The notes: generated by a model not told the origin, from the letters alone. A stretch of DNA of 64,000 nt from Candidatus Latescibacterota bacterium (GCA_965248755.1 OZ252149.1:4000001-4064000), one strand, 5' to 3'. Shown: positions 9,798 through 19,764, numbered from the stretch's first letter. Made by a program: numbers and translations.

Positions 9798-10751
9798 CTC
9801 AAGGAAAAATATCCTGACGATTCCCTAGGCCTTATGTATCTCAAAAGGATAGACAAAGATGGCCTCTTCGGCGACAGTCCCTACATAGACGCCACATACA
9901 CGTGCAGCGACGCCTGGAACGATTATCTCGACTACGATACCGGAGTTACGGCTATTCTGGAGGAGGCGAATCGAGTCGCAGAAAAAGAGGGCTACGACGA
10001 GATTGTCCCTGTGACCCTTCGCAGTTGCTCTTTGGAAAACCACAGGATATATCGCATAGCCCACGAACTCGGCGTCGAGCTTTCCACCCCCGATAGAAGC
10101 AATCGGGGGTGGGACACGGAACTCCCGATCCCCCAAGAGGAGGAAGAAAGAGCTGATGCCATCTTCAAGAGCTGGGGCATAAAAGAGGACGACTTCGTGG
10201 TCGCCATCCACAGAAGGGGAGCAAACGTCCATAAATACTGGGATGTGGAGGAGGCTTTAAGGTTCATAGACTTCATGAAGAAAAGGTATAACGCCAAGTT
10301 CATCGCCTTCGAGACTCACACCGATTTGGACAGAGAAGAAGCGCAGCGGTTGAAAGGGGAAAGTATCTTCAGCACGTATCATCTCTCCGACGTGAGTCTT
10401 AAGCTTTCAGCTGCTCTCATAGACAAATGCGACCTGTTTGTGGGCATAGACTCGGGTCCTATGTGGATAGCCACTACCACAAAGACACCTATAATTGCCC
10501 TTTTCACTATGACGTGGATGCAACAGACTGCGCCTATGAGAAAGGACAGCTACATAGTCTGCTCCGAAAAATCCAAAACAATATTGACAAAGAAGTTCGG
10601 AGAGGAACATAAAGACAGGATCGTCTATTCCGCAAAAGGCAGCACAAATATAGGTGCAGAGGACGTCATCAGATGCCTGGAGAAGCTTGAGATCTTCAAT
10701 AATGTCCTTGAAGGATTCGACTACAACCGGGGGTTATCCCCGAGTTTGTAG
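9300..10751 (+). CDS. GT9 (heptosyltransferase-like) glycosyltransferase with duplicated GT2 tail at N-terminus
   Basis: HGIGDNIMAIPAL, KYW, CDLFVGIDSGPMWIA; first ~100 aa copy the upstream GT2 C-terminus; true start uncertain. Confidence 0.75.
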   Translation: MTIPALCVPDVEEYFEKFNRGTTLDAEHMRLFGTTKRNRPVQLNLDSTFSVLKFLFWDPILRFGRIFLFLKAYKDGIPGLIYAIFGAFYEFVGRVKYLEMRIKESKCPTDESRPCEDRVEDKKTSAFPQNSSSIHPGVSVRSPKRRLLVFWHGIGDNIMAIPALRALKEKYPDDSLGLMYLKRIDKDGLFGDSPYIDATYTCSDAWNDYLDYDTGVTAILEEANRVAEKEGYDEIVPVTLRSCSLENHRIYRIAHELGVELSTPDRSNRGWDTELPIPQEEEERADAIFKSWGIKEDDFVVAIHRRGANVHKYWDVEEALRFIDFMKKRYNAKFIAFETHTDLDREEAQRLKGESIFSTYHLSDVSLKLSAALIDKCDLFVGIDSGPMWIATTTKTPIIALFTMTWMQQTAPMRKDSYIVCSEKSKTILTKKFGEEHKDRIVYSAKGSTNIGAEDVIRCLEKLEIFNNVLEGFDYNRGLSPSL

Positions 10752-10963
10752 ATAACGGTAAGACGGGAATACTTGTAGAGCCGAGGAATTCGCTTGAGTT
10801 TGCCAAAGCTGTGAAGGATTTGATAGAGAAGCCGGAGTTTGCCCAAAGACTCGGAGAAAATGGCAGACAGAGGGCAAGGCTCTTTACGTGGGATAAATCT
10901 GGAGAGAGGTTGGAAGAAGTGTATAAGGGTCTTTTGTTCTGTTTAGGAGAGAGTATAAAGTAA
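10730..10963 (+). pseudogene. GT4 glycosyltransferase C-terminal remnant
   Basis: Manual translation GVIPEFVDNGKTGILVEPRNSLEFAKAVKDLIEKPEFAQRLGENGRQRARLFTWDKSGERLEEVY; no start codon. Confidence 0.75.
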
Positions 10964-10964
10964 T

Positions 10965-11903
10965 ATGGAAGTTAAAACGAAAAGAAATTGCCAAGTGAAC
11001 GTTGAAGAATGCAATATCTGTGGCGGCAACGGATTCAAGCGAGTAGCTAAAAAGGCAGAATATGTCCTTTTGAAGTGCATAAACTGTGGGCTTATATTTG
11101 TGGACTACGATGAATTAGATCTGAACGAGTTCTATAACAAGACTCGCAAGGAGTGGGTAAAGACAAAGACACTTACGGACTGGGTTATAAAGGAGTACAC
11201 ACGCGGGAACGAACGCAAATACAAATCGCTTGAAAGTTATATGGGCAGTAAAGGCAGAATGTTGGACGTTGGATGTTCTATCGGTGTCTTTTTGAGCATA
11301 GCTAAAAGATATGGCTGGAATGTAACGGGGGTGGAGATAGACGAAGAGAGAGCTAAAGCAGCAAACGAGGCATACGGTGTTGATGTACTATGCGGCAGAG
11401 TTGAGGATGTGGAATTCGAGGACAGCTTCGATTGCGTTATCATCTTTGACTGTATAGAGCACGTTGAAGATCCTGCTTCCGTTTTGCAAAAAGTCTATGA
11501 TGTTCTATGTCCGGGAGGCAAAGTTATCTTGACTCTTCCCAACATTGAGGGCCTTGAGCCGAAGACGACTTATTATTTGTTCTACAGGACCTTAGGACTA
11601 TGGCATCATCCAGATCCTCCCGCTCATCTATATGAATTTTCACCTGTTACTATAGAGCAACTGTTGAGCAAAATCGGTTTTGAAAATGTCCAGATTCAAC
11701 TCAGTCAGGTATCGCTCGGATATAAGACCGGATTGAAATTAAACCAAATAACCGATCTTTTTGCAAACTACGGATCCACAATAGCAACCAAGTCTATGAT
11801 CAAAAGGCTCTGCTACGCGGCGGTTGCCACTCCCTTGTTTATAGCTGCAAAACTGCTTGGGATGGGAGATAGTATGACAGTTGTCGCTCAAAGGTCTAAA
11901 TGA
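10965..11903 (+). CDS. Class I SAM methyltransferase with N-terminal Zn ribbon
   Basis: CNICG...CINCGL, MLDVGCSIG, EHVEDP, PAHLYEFS. Confidence 0.85.
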   Translation: MEVKTKRNCQVNVEECNICGGNGFKRVAKKAEYVLLKCINCGLIFVDYDELDLNEFYNKTRKEWVKTKTLTDWVIKEYTRGNERKYKSLESYMGSKGRMLDVGCSIGVFLSIAKRYGWNVTGVEIDEERAKAANEAYGVDVLCGRVEDVEFEDSFDCVIIFDCIEHVEDPASVLQKVYDVLCPGGKVILTLPNIEGLEPKTTYYLFYRTLGLWHHPDPPAHLYEFSPVTIEQLLSKIGFENVQIQLSQVSLGYKTGLKLNQITDLFANYGSTIATKSMIKRLCYAAVATPLFIAAKLLGMGDSMTVVAQRSK

Positions 11904-11929
11904 TAAAAGCAGTTTTAGGAGAGATATAA

Positions 11930-12238
11930 ATGACAGTGAATGAAAAAGTAATACAGGCGATATTGGGTGCAATTGATGAAGTCAATCAGCAACTGCCAAA
12001 AGAACAGCGATTGGAAAAATCTATCGATACGGTTTTGTTTGGTGAATCGGGAAAATTGGATTCACTGGGACTTGTAACTCTAATTGTGGCTACAGAGCAG
12101 AAGATTGAAGAAGAACATGGGGCCACAATAACACTGGCAGATGAAAACGCGATGTCTCAGGAAAATAGCCCATTTAAAACCATTGGAACGCTTGCCGATT
12201 ATGTTACCTTCCTTTTGAAGGAAAAATCAAATGGATAA
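11930..12238 (+). CDS. Acyl carrier protein
   Basis: Acidic 102 aa, LDSLGLV phosphopantetheine site, SPFKTIGTLADY. Confidence 0.85.
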   Translation: MTVNEKVIQAILGAIDEVNQQLPKEQRLEKSIDTVLFGESGKLDSLGLVTLIVATEQKIEEEHGATITLADENAMSQENSPFKTIGTLADYVTFLLKEKSNG

Positions 12239-13916
12239 GCAGAAATATAGATGTACACTCGTCTCGGATTTTAATATAAATAACTTTTCCGGTTATCTGA
12301 GTAATGATGACGACTTTCCTATAGTCGAGGCAACCGTTGCACCATTTGGACAGGTGATACCGGTTTTGATACAAAGAGATTTAGAATGTTGGCGGAGTGA
12401 TCCTGATTTGGCTGTGATTTGGACTCAACCTGAGGGTGTTATTAAGTCTTTTGATCACATTCTTATGTATGAAAATGTCTCGATAGAGCGTGTTTTTAAA
12501 GAGGTGGATGGATATTCTTCATTATTATTGAATATTCGTGATAGAGTGAAATTTGTATTTGTCCCGACGTGGGTCTTCCCTTCGTACCACAGAGGTTTTG
12601 GTATGCTCGATATGAAAACTGGTGTTGGGATAGCAAATACCTTGATGCATATGAACTTAAGGCTTTCTGAAAATTTAGACAAAGCATCGAATATTTATTT
12701 ATTAAATACTCAAAAATGGATTGAAATCGCGGGTAAAAACGCCTTTAATCCAAAGCTGTGGTATATGGGAAAGATTGCCTTTGGAAATGAAGTTTTTATA
12801 GAAACAGTAAAGGATATAAAGTCTGCCTTGAGGGCAATAGAAGGCAATTCAAAGAAATTAATTATTCTTGATTTGGATGAAACTTTATGGGGTGAAATTA
12901 TCGGAGATGTCGGATGGGAAAATATCAGATTAGGTGGACATGACCATATTGGTGAGGCGTATGTTGATTTTCAACGTGCATTGAAATCGTTGACAAATCG
13001 TGGTATCCTATTGGGTATAGTCAGCAAAAACGAAGAGGAGATTGCGTTAGAAGCGATAAATAACCATCCAGAAATGGTTCTTAAATTGGAGGATTTTGCC
13101 GGTTGGAAAATTAATTGGCAGGACAAAGCTCAAAATGCAATTGATTTGGTTTCAGATTTGAATCTTGGTCTTCAATCGGTGGTCTTCATTGATGATAGTC
13201 CTGTTGAACGAGCACGAGTTAGGGAAGTATTGCCTGAGGTTTTTGTTCCTGAATGGCCAGAGGACAAAATGTTATATAAAAGTGCATTACTCAGTCTCCG
13301 TTGTTTTGATACTCCTTCAATTAGTAAAGAAGATCTTGAAAGGACAAGGATGTATGTATCAGAGCGACAACGTAAGGATTTGAAAAGAAATGTCGGTTCA
13401 TTAGATGGATGGTTGAAGAGTTTAAAGATAAAGGTAAAAGTAGAAAAGTTAAATGAGACTAATCTTCAAAGAACAGCTCAATTGTTGAACAAAACTAATC
13501 AAATGAATCTTACTACAAGGCGAGTGACAGAATCAGAACTAGTAGATTGGGTGAGGCAGGGGAATCATAAACTTTGGACTTTTCGTGTTTCGGATAAGTT
13601 TGGAGATTCAGGACTAACAGGTATAATAAGTCTTGAAGTAAAAAACAAAACAGGGAACATTGTGGATTTTGTTCTAAGCTGTAGAGTTATGGGTCGAAAG
13701 GTAGAGGAAACTATGCTATCAACAGCTATTGATTATGCACGGTCCATAGGACTGGATGAAATATATGCAAAATATATTTCAACTCCTAAGAATAAACCTT
13801 GTTTAAGATTTTTTGAACATTCGGGATTTGAATATAACAGCGACCATATTTTTAAATGGAATCTTAATAAAACATATAAGGTACTTCAGTATATTGAGAC
13901 AGATCGTTCTACATAG
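12231..13916 (+). CDS. FkbH-like HAD-IIIC phosphatase / glyceryl-ACP synthase
   Basis: ILDLDETLWG, VSKN, INWQDK, FIDDSPVER, KTNQMNLTT, DKFGDSG, LSCRVMGR. Confidence 0.9.
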   Translation: MDKQKYRCTLVSDFNINNFSGYLSNDDDFPIVEATVAPFGQVIPVLIQRDLECWRSDPDLAVIWTQPEGVIKSFDHILMYENVSIERVFKEVDGYSSLLLNIRDRVKFVFVPTWVFPSYHRGFGMLDMKTGVGIANTLMHMNLRLSENLDKASNIYLLNTQKWIEIAGKNAFNPKLWYMGKIAFGNEVFIETVKDIKSALRAIEGNSKKLIILDLDETLWGEIIGDVGWENIRLGGHDHIGEAYVDFQRALKSLTNRGILLGIVSKNEEEIALEAINNHPEMVLKLEDFAGWKINWQDKAQNAIDLVSDLNLGLQSVVFIDDSPVERARVREVLPEVFVPEWPEDKMLYKSALLSLRCFDTPSISKEDLERTRMYVSERQRKDLKRNVGSLDGWLKSLKIKVKVEKLNETNLQRTAQLLNKTNQMNLTTRRVTESELVDWVRQGNHKLWTFRVSDKFGDSGLTGIISLEVKNKTGNIVDFVLSCRVMGRKVEETMLSTAIDYARSIGLDEIYAKYISTPKNKPCLRFFEHSGFEYNSDHIFKWNLNKTYKVLQYIETDRST

Positions 13917-13986
13917 ATAGATATTCTAGCGTATTGTAATAATTCAGAAAGGAATACAATTTTTAAAAAAACTTATAGGAGAGAAA

Positions 13987-14880
13987 ATGGATGATAATCA
14001 CAATGCTGAAAATAGTCAATTATTTGAACAAAAACTTGCAGACAAAAATTATTACAAGCTACCTAATGGGCTTTTAATTCTTCATGAAAATAACTATGAA
14101 ACAGATTATCTCTACAAAGAAATATTTGAAGATCAGGTTTATTTGAAACACGGAATAACTATAAATAATGGAGATTATATTTTTGATGTAGGTGCAAATA
14201 TAGGTCTTTTTACACTATTTGTTCAGAAAATATGCAAAGACGCCAACATTTACGCATTTGAACCATCTCCTGATGTTTGTGAAAGTTTGCGTGTCAATGC
14301 ATCTCTGTATGGTTCAAATGTGAAAGTCTATGAGTGTGGATTGTCAAATGAAAACAAAAAGGCTGTTTTTAGTTTTTATCCTGGGTATTCTATTTTATCT
14401 GGATTCTATGCTAATTTGGAACAAGATGAAGTTACACTTAGATCTGGCATTTGTAATCAGTTGCGCAGGACTAATCCAAAGCAGGGTGCTTTAGCAGCGG
14501 ATAAGTATATTGATTTATTAGTAAAGGGGAAGCTCAAGAAAAAAATATATACGTGTCAGTTAAGAACAATTTCTAGCATTATAAGAGAAAATAACATTAA
14601 ACAAATAGACTTATTAAAAGTTGATGTTGAGAAGAGTGAACTGGATATCCTAAATGGTATCAATGAAAGAGACTGGAAAAAGATTAAGCAAATTGTTGTG
14701 GAAGTACATGAGATACAAGGAATAAGTTTAAGCCAAATTAGATCTTTACTCAATGCTAGAGATTTTAAACTTAAGATTGAACAAGAAGAACAATTCAAAA
14801 ACTCGGGCATCTTTAATGTTTATGCTATTAGGGGAGGGAGGATGAAATATACTCAAAATATATTCCAACCCCAAAAATAA
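13987..14880 (+). CDS. FkbM-family methyltransferase
   Basis: ETDYLYKEIF, FDVGANIGLF, YAFEP, LLKVDVEKSE, QIVVEVH. Confidence 0.88.
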   Translation: MDDNHNAENSQLFEQKLADKNYYKLPNGLLILHENNYETDYLYKEIFEDQVYLKHGITINNGDYIFDVGANIGLFTLFVQKICKDANIYAFEPSPDVCESLRVNASLYGSNVKVYECGLSNENKKAVFSFYPGYSILSGFYANLEQDEVTLRSGICNQLRRTNPKQGALAADKYIDLLVKGKLKKKIYTCQLRTISSIIRENNIKQIDLLKVDVEKSELDILNGINERDWKKIKQIVVEVHEIQGISLSQIRSLLNARDFKLKIEQEEQFKNSGIFNVYAIRGGRMKYTQNIFQPQK

Positions 14881-14914
14881 ACCTTGTTTAGGATTTTGGA
14901 AGAATTCGGGATTT
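14840..14914 (+). repeat. Diverged copy of FkbH 3' segment (13754-13829)
   Basis: ggatgaaatat...aataaaccttgttta...ttcgggattt at both sites. Confidence 0.75.
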
Positions 14915-14917
14915 AAA

Positions 14918-16440
14918 AGGCTTGTGAAATAGTTACCATGTAGAGAGCGTCTTAAGACGCCAATTACCCGTTAAGCAGAAGCATATAGTATCGTTTTGCT
15001 ATAGAATAAGCAAAATATTCTCATCAAAGGTCTTGTCAGCAAGGAATAGGAACTATTTGAAGAACGGGATGCACTCTCTTGGACAGACAGAGCACATATA
15101 GACGCTTTTCCCCTTCTGATGAAGGATACGAGCCTCTTGAGATTCTGCACTGTTGCAACAAGATTTAACTGTTCATTCAGTGAGGCCAATCCCCTGTAAC
15201 GGGCTCGGCCCATACCGTGCTGTTGTTTGGCTTCAGCAAAGATATGTTCACTGCGTTTACGGAATTTCTGAGAGACTTTGTAGTCAGATGTCGATAAAAT
15301 AGATCGTGCATGATTTCTGGCTTTTGCCTCTCGCACTTTTCTATCTCGTTTAGCCTGAATATGTGCGAAATTTGTCTTGTTCTTCCATGTAGGAATTGGC
15401 TCAATCTCTTCACCTGATCGCAGAGGAATGTGGGGTGTGATCCCCCGGTCAAGTATATCGGCGATAAAACCACCAGAACCATAGCCCTTATCGGCAGTAA
15501 GCGTCTGAATGCCTTCGGGAATCGTGTATACTTCAAGATCATCAACCATCTTAAGGGCACTTTCTCGCTCTGCTGTCCCTGTCGCCTGTGTACCCTCTGT
15601 ATCGAGGATTACTCTGCTTTTTGTGTCGATGAGATCATGACCTGTAAACGAAAGAGAAGCCTCCTTGCCCTTTGATTTCCTGTATAAAAGGGCATCGGGG
15701 TCTGTAATCGAACAATGCGTCTGGTTCGTCCACTTTTCACCGCGAAAGTCTTTATCCTGAGGATGATCAGATCGATCTACGGTCTGTGCCTTATCACCTT
15801 CAAAGCCAATTCCCTTGAGATAATCATCAAGAGAAATGGGAGGCTCTATCGGCTCAATACTCTTTACTGAAGCATTAGCTCGTATCTGAGTGCCATCGAC
15901 ACTGAGGTGTTTACCGCTCACAAGACCGACATCTGTGCAACACTGGACTACCTGACGCATTATCTGTTCAAACAACCCGCTCGATGTCCACCTGTGATTG
16001 CGAAGCTTGTTGATCGTGCTCCTGTCTGGAACCTCATCCTGAAATGTCATATGACAAAACAACCGATATGCAGCATGCATCCCCACTACCTGACAAAGCC
16101 GATTCTCACTCAAATTATACAGATAGCCGATAAGGATCATCCGAACAACTAATTCAGGATCGATACCGGGTCTGCCATTGTCAGGACAATAACAATCTGA
16201 CACAACGTCTCGTACAAATGAAAAATCAACGACCTTATCAATCTGACGGAGGATATGATCTTGGGGGACTACATCCTCCATCTGAAAATAGTGAAACAAG
16301 GGATTTGTTTGTTCCTTCTTTTGTGGGGTAATTATTTCCTCCATATATAATATTATCAATAACATAATATAATACATGGGAGCTGCTTTATCAATACCTG
16401 TTTTGTACTATTTTCTCGTCTAAGGGTTTTTCACAAGTCT
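14918..16440 (-). mobile_element. IS1182-family insertion sequence
   Basis: Terminal IRs AGGCTTGTGAAA / TTTCACAAGTCT; TTTAAA on both sides (14912-14917, 16441-16446). Confidence 0.85.
14971..16377 (-). CDS. IS1182-family transposase
   Basis: VPQDHILR, GRPGIDP, VDGTQIRANAS, TDPDA, ADKGY, RKRSEHIFAEAK; start may be a few codons downstream. Confidence 0.88.
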   Translation of the reverse strand: MYYIMLLIILYMEEIITPQKKEQTNPLFHYFQMEDVVPQDHILRQIDKVVDFSFVRDVVSDCYCPDNGRPGIDPELVVRMILIGYLYNLSENRLCQVVGMHAAYRLFCHMTFQDEVPDRSTINKLRNHRWTSSGLFEQIMRQVVQCCTDVGLVSGKHLSVDGTQIRANASVKSIEPIEPPISLDDYLKGIGFEGDKAQTVDRSDHPQDKDFRGEKWTNQTHCSITDPDALLYRKSKGKEASLSFTGHDLIDTKSRVILDTEGTQATGTAERESALKMVDDLEVYTIPEGIQTLTADKGYGSGGFIADILDRGITPHIPLRSGEEIEPIPTWKNKTNFAHIQAKRDRKVREAKARNHARSILSTSDYKVSQKFRKRSEHIFAEAKQQHGMGRARYRGLASLNEQLNLVATVQNLKRLVSFIRRGKASICALSVQESASRSSNSSYSLLTRPLMRIFCLFYSKTILYASA

Positions 16441-16491
16441 TTTAAAGGTGCTTAAAGTTATCGTATTACCTAAGAAAGGAATCGTCCTAAA

Positions 16492-17053
16492 ATGTCTGAT
16501 AAGAAAATAAGAATAGAAAGAATAAAGGTCAAAGATCTACACGAATTCGCTTGTCGAACGGTTAGCAGAACCAAAGAGAATGATGTTATTCCAATAACAA
16601 AGCATCGCGCTCTTGCTCACACGAATAATCCCTACGCAGATGAAAATGATATAGGCTTGTTGGTTGCTTATATAGGAAACCAGTGTATTGGGTATCTTGG
16701 ATTAATGCCAGGATTGCTTAAAGAAGGCGATAAGTTTTCAAAGGTTCATTGGTTCTCCACTTGGTTTGTTCCCCCCGAATTTAGGAAGACATCGGTTGGT
16801 TTACTCCTCATGATGAACGCGTTGTCATTAAAGTATGATCTTATTGCTACCGGAATAAGTAACGAAACAGAAAGAATATGCAGAGGCTTAGGTTTCCACG
16901 AACTTGGCCCTCTTGATTATTATGTAATAAACGTTGACAGAATGAACTTTTTGGCTTTGACATTTCGACTATTACGAAACATTTTAAGTAAAATAAGAAT
17001 TAAATCTAAAATCACCGATGCGATAATCAGAGCATCCGAGCGCATATTTTACC
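16492..17053 (+). pseudogene. GNAT-like acyltransferase, truncated by IS3 copy 1
   Basis: IGYLGLMP...WFSTWFVPPEFRKTSVGLLL; frame runs into IS at 17054; possible last codons (DIAFT*) at 19733-19750. Confidence 0.6.
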
Positions 17054-17082
17054 TGTACTGCTTCCCAGGAAAGCGACACCAA

Positions 17083-17946
17083 TTAAGCAACCTGGGGTAG
17101 TAGATAAAATTGTTTTCTCCACTCTTTTGGGGTCTTATATCCCAGGGATGAATGAAGCCTGTTCTTGTTGTAATTATCGATCCACTGAGATATGATCTTC
17201 TCAGCCTGTTCAAAGGATTCAAACTTGTGAAGCCAAACACACTCTTGCTTGAGGGTCCTGAAAAAACGCTCTACAACACCGTTCCAATCGGGTTTACCAC
17301 TTGGTATGTATTCCTGACGAATTCCCCAATATTCGGTACTGGCCAAATAGGCCCGAGCCAAAAAGATGGAACCATTGTCAGAGCGCAAAGTGAGACCCTG
17401 GGGGACAGCCTCCTTGGAAGTGTATCGAGAGATCACGGCCCGATCCAGGGCATCTGTGGCCTCCAGTGCCCTCCCTTTTCGACTAAAACGATACCCAGGA
17501 ACCTCCCGGCTTCCGTTGTCCACCACCGCAATAAGAGGACACCAACCATCTTTTCCACAGTAAATCTTTGTCAAGTCACTCGACCACAAACTGTCGGGAC
17601 TATCCACCACAGAACGCTTCTGGGCAACCTGTGGCCCCTTTCTCCCGGGACGATTCCACAGCTTACACTGCCACCCCTTAAGCTTCATTATCCTATGAAC
17701 CTTCTTGATGTTGACATATGCCCCTTCCTTGAAACGAAGATGCGCCCAAACCCGCCTGTGACCAAATGCCTCTTCTTGGTCGAGTATCCCTCGAATACGA
17801 AAAGCAAGCTGTTCATCTATCACAGACTCTTCGACAGAAGAACTGACACCTCTATACCTAAGCCTACACAGAGTCGAACGATGCAAACCCAAAGCCAAAG
17901 CTACCACCTTCCGGGAATAGCCTCGACCCAAAAACCGCTCACTCAA
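17083..17946 (-). CDS. IS3 transposase OrfB (DDE)
   Basis: WSSDLT, SDNGS, NGVVERFFRTLKQE, RLHSSLGYKTP. Confidence 0.9.
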   Translation of the reverse strand: MSERFLGRGYSRKVVALALGLHRSTLCRLRYRGVSSSVEESVIDEQLAFRIRGILDQEEAFGHRRVWAHLRFKEGAYVNIKKVHRIMKLKGWQCKLWNRPGRKGPQVAQKRSVVDSPDSLWSSDLTKIYCGKDGWCPLIAVVDNGSREVPGYRFSRKGRALEATDALDRAVISRYTSKEAVPQGLTLRSDNGSIFLARAYLASTEYWGIRQEYIPSGKPDWNGVVERFFRTLKQECVWLHKFESFEQAEKIISQWIDNYNKNRLHSSLGYKTPKEWRKQFYLLPQVA

Positions 17947-18272
17947 GGCAACCGCTTCGTTTTTTTTAGACGGGCTACCTCCTCGAGTATCTCCAACTGG
18001 AGGGTTAAGTGCCCTACCTTACGCTCCAACCGGCTGACCTCCCGCTCCTTCGCATCCTTGCGACCACGCCGAGACTTCAGACTCTCCTGGCCTCCTTCCA
18101 AGAAACTATCACGCCAAGCATACGCCTGTGACTGGCTAATTCCATTCTTCCAACACACCTCTGATACATTCGCTCCTTTCAAAACAGCCAACACCACCTC
18201 TACCTTACGGGTCGCCGTCCAGCGCTTACCATCTTTCACTTCGGGGCTTGACACCTTGACCTCCTTTCTCAA
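17943..18272 (-). CDS. IS3 OrfA (HTH); joined to OrfB by -1 frameshift
   Basis: HTH plus coiled coil; A8 slippery run before OrfA stop. Confidence 0.85.
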   Translation of the reverse strand: MRKEVKVSSPEVKDGKRWTATRKVEVVLAVLKGANVSEVCWKNGISQSQAYAWRDSFLEGGQESLKSRRGRKDAKEREVSRLERKVGHLTLQLEILEEVARLKKTKRLP

Positions 18273-18319
18273 ACCCCAATTTGCAAAATATTTGTCGCCC
18301 TGTCAAGGGGAGCGGTATG

Positions 18320-18467
18320 GCAAGACTCTCTTCTTCAAAGAAAAGTATCATTTATTTGTTATCAGGGATGACAATTTTGTATAGCATATATCCTATATTT
18401 TCTGGACAATTTTGGCCGTATCATTGGATGCCGTTTAAATATTTTATTATCATACTCGCGTCGATGA
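18320..18467 (+). pseudogene. 148-bp fragment of a membrane protein trapped between IS copies
   Basis: Hydrophobic ARLSSSKKSIIYLLSGMTILYSIYPIFSGQFWPYHWMPFKYFIIILASM; AT-rich. Confidence 0.45.
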
Positions 18468-18496
18468 TGTACTGCTTCCCAGGAAAGCGACACCAA

Positions 18497-19360
18497 TTAA
18501 GCAACCTGGGGTAGTAGATAAAATTGTTTTCTCCACTCTTTTGGGGTCTTATATCCCAGGGATGAATGAAGCCTGTTCTTGTTGTAATTATCGATCCACT
18601 GAGATATGATCTTCTCAGCCTGTTCAAAGGATTCAAACTTGTGAAGCCAAACACACTCTTGCTTGAGGGTCCTGAAAAAACGCTCTACAACACCGTTCCA
18701 ATCGGGTTTACCACTTGGTATGTATTCCTGACGAATTCCCCAATATTCGGTACTGGCCAAATAGGCCCGAGCCAAAAAGATGGAACCATTGTCAGAGCGC
18801 AAAGTGAGACCCTGGGGGACAGCCTCCTTGGAAGTGTATCGAGAGATCACGGCCCGATCCAGGGCATCTGTGGCCTCCAGTGCCCTCCCTTTTCGACTAA
18901 AACGATACCCAGGAACCTCCCGGCTTCCGTTGTCCACCACCGCAATAAGAGGACACCAACCATCTTTTCCACAGTAAATCTTTGTCAAGTCACTCGACCA
19001 CAAACTGTCGGGACTATCCACCACAGAACGCTTCTGGGCAACCTGTGGCCCCTTTCTCCCGGGACGATTCCACAGCTTACACTGCCACCCCTTAAGCTTC
19101 ATTATCCTATGAACCTTCTTAACGTTGACACATTCCCCTTCCTTGAAACGAAGATGCGCCCAAACCCGCCTGTGACCAAATGCCTCTTCTTGGTCCAGTA
19201 TCCCTCGAATACGAAAAGCAAGCTCCTCATCTATCACAGGCTCTTTAACAGAAGAACTGACACCTCTATCCCTAAACCTATACAGAGTCGAACGATGCAA
19301 ACCCAAAGCCAAAGCTACCACCTTGCGGGAATAGCCTCGACCCAAAAACCGCCCACTCAA
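18497..19360 (-). CDS. IS3 transposase OrfB
   Basis: Protein identical to copies 3, 5, 6. Confidence 0.9.
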   Translation of the reverse strand: MSGRFLGRGYSRKVVALALGLHRSTLYRFRDRGVSSSVKEPVIDEELAFRIRGILDQEEAFGHRRVWAHLRFKEGECVNVKKVHRIMKLKGWQCKLWNRPGRKGPQVAQKRSVVDSPDSLWSSDLTKIYCGKDGWCPLIAVVDNGSREVPGYRFSRKGRALEATDALDRAVISRYTSKEAVPQGLTLRSDNGSIFLARAYLASTEYWGIRQEYIPSGKPDWNGVVERFFRTLKQECVWLHKFESFEQAEKIISQWIDNYNKNRLHSSLGYKTPKEWRKQFYLLPQVA

Positions 19361-19686
19361 GGCAACCGCTTCGTTTTTTTTAGACGGGCTACCTCTTCGA
19401 GTATCTCCAACTGGAGCGTCAACTGCCCTACCTTGCGCTCCAACCGGCTAACCTCTCGCTCCTTCGGATCCTTGCGACCACGCCGAGACTTCAGACTCTC
19501 CTGGCCCCCTTCTAAGAAACTATCACGCCAAGCATACGCCTGCGACTGGCTAATTCCATTCTTACGACACACCTCAGATAGATCTGCTCCTCTCAAAAGA
19601 GCCAACACAATCTCTCCCTTACGGGTCGCCGTCCAGCGCTTACCATCTTTCACTTCGGGGCTCGACACCTTGACCTCCCTTCTCAA
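19357..19686 (-). CDS. IS3 OrfA
   Basis: Protein identical to copies 3, 5, 6. Confidence 0.85.
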   Translation of the reverse strand: MRREVKVSSPEVKDGKRWTATRKGEIVLALLRGADLSEVCRKNGISQSQAYAWRDSFLEGGQESLKSRRGRKDPKEREVSRLERKVGQLTLQLEILEEVARLKKTKRLP

Positions 19687-19764
19687 ACCCCAATTTGCGA
19701 AATATTTGTCGCTCTGTCAAGGGGAGCGGTATGATATAGCGTTCACTTGACAGCAGAAAGGTAG

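Larger units (their letters stand above)
17054..18319 (-). mobile_element. IS3-family element copy 1 (1266 bp; variant 5' half; no TSD)
   Basis: Ends CATACCGCTCCCC / GGAAGCAGTACA; flanks TACC and GCAA differ. Confidence 0.9.
18468..19733 (-). mobile_element. IS3-family element copy 2 (no TSD)
   Basis: Same ends; flanks ATGA and ATAT. Confidence 0.9.

Noticed and set aside
11930..14880. Methoxymalonyl-ACP polyketide extender pathway
   Set aside because: FkbI/FkbK dehydrogenases and PKS are absent from the window
17152..18384. Long (~390-410 aa) antisense ORF in every intact IS3 copy
   Set aside because: Shadow of orfAB with no recognisable motifs; its stop lies outside the element; recurrence only reflects IS identity
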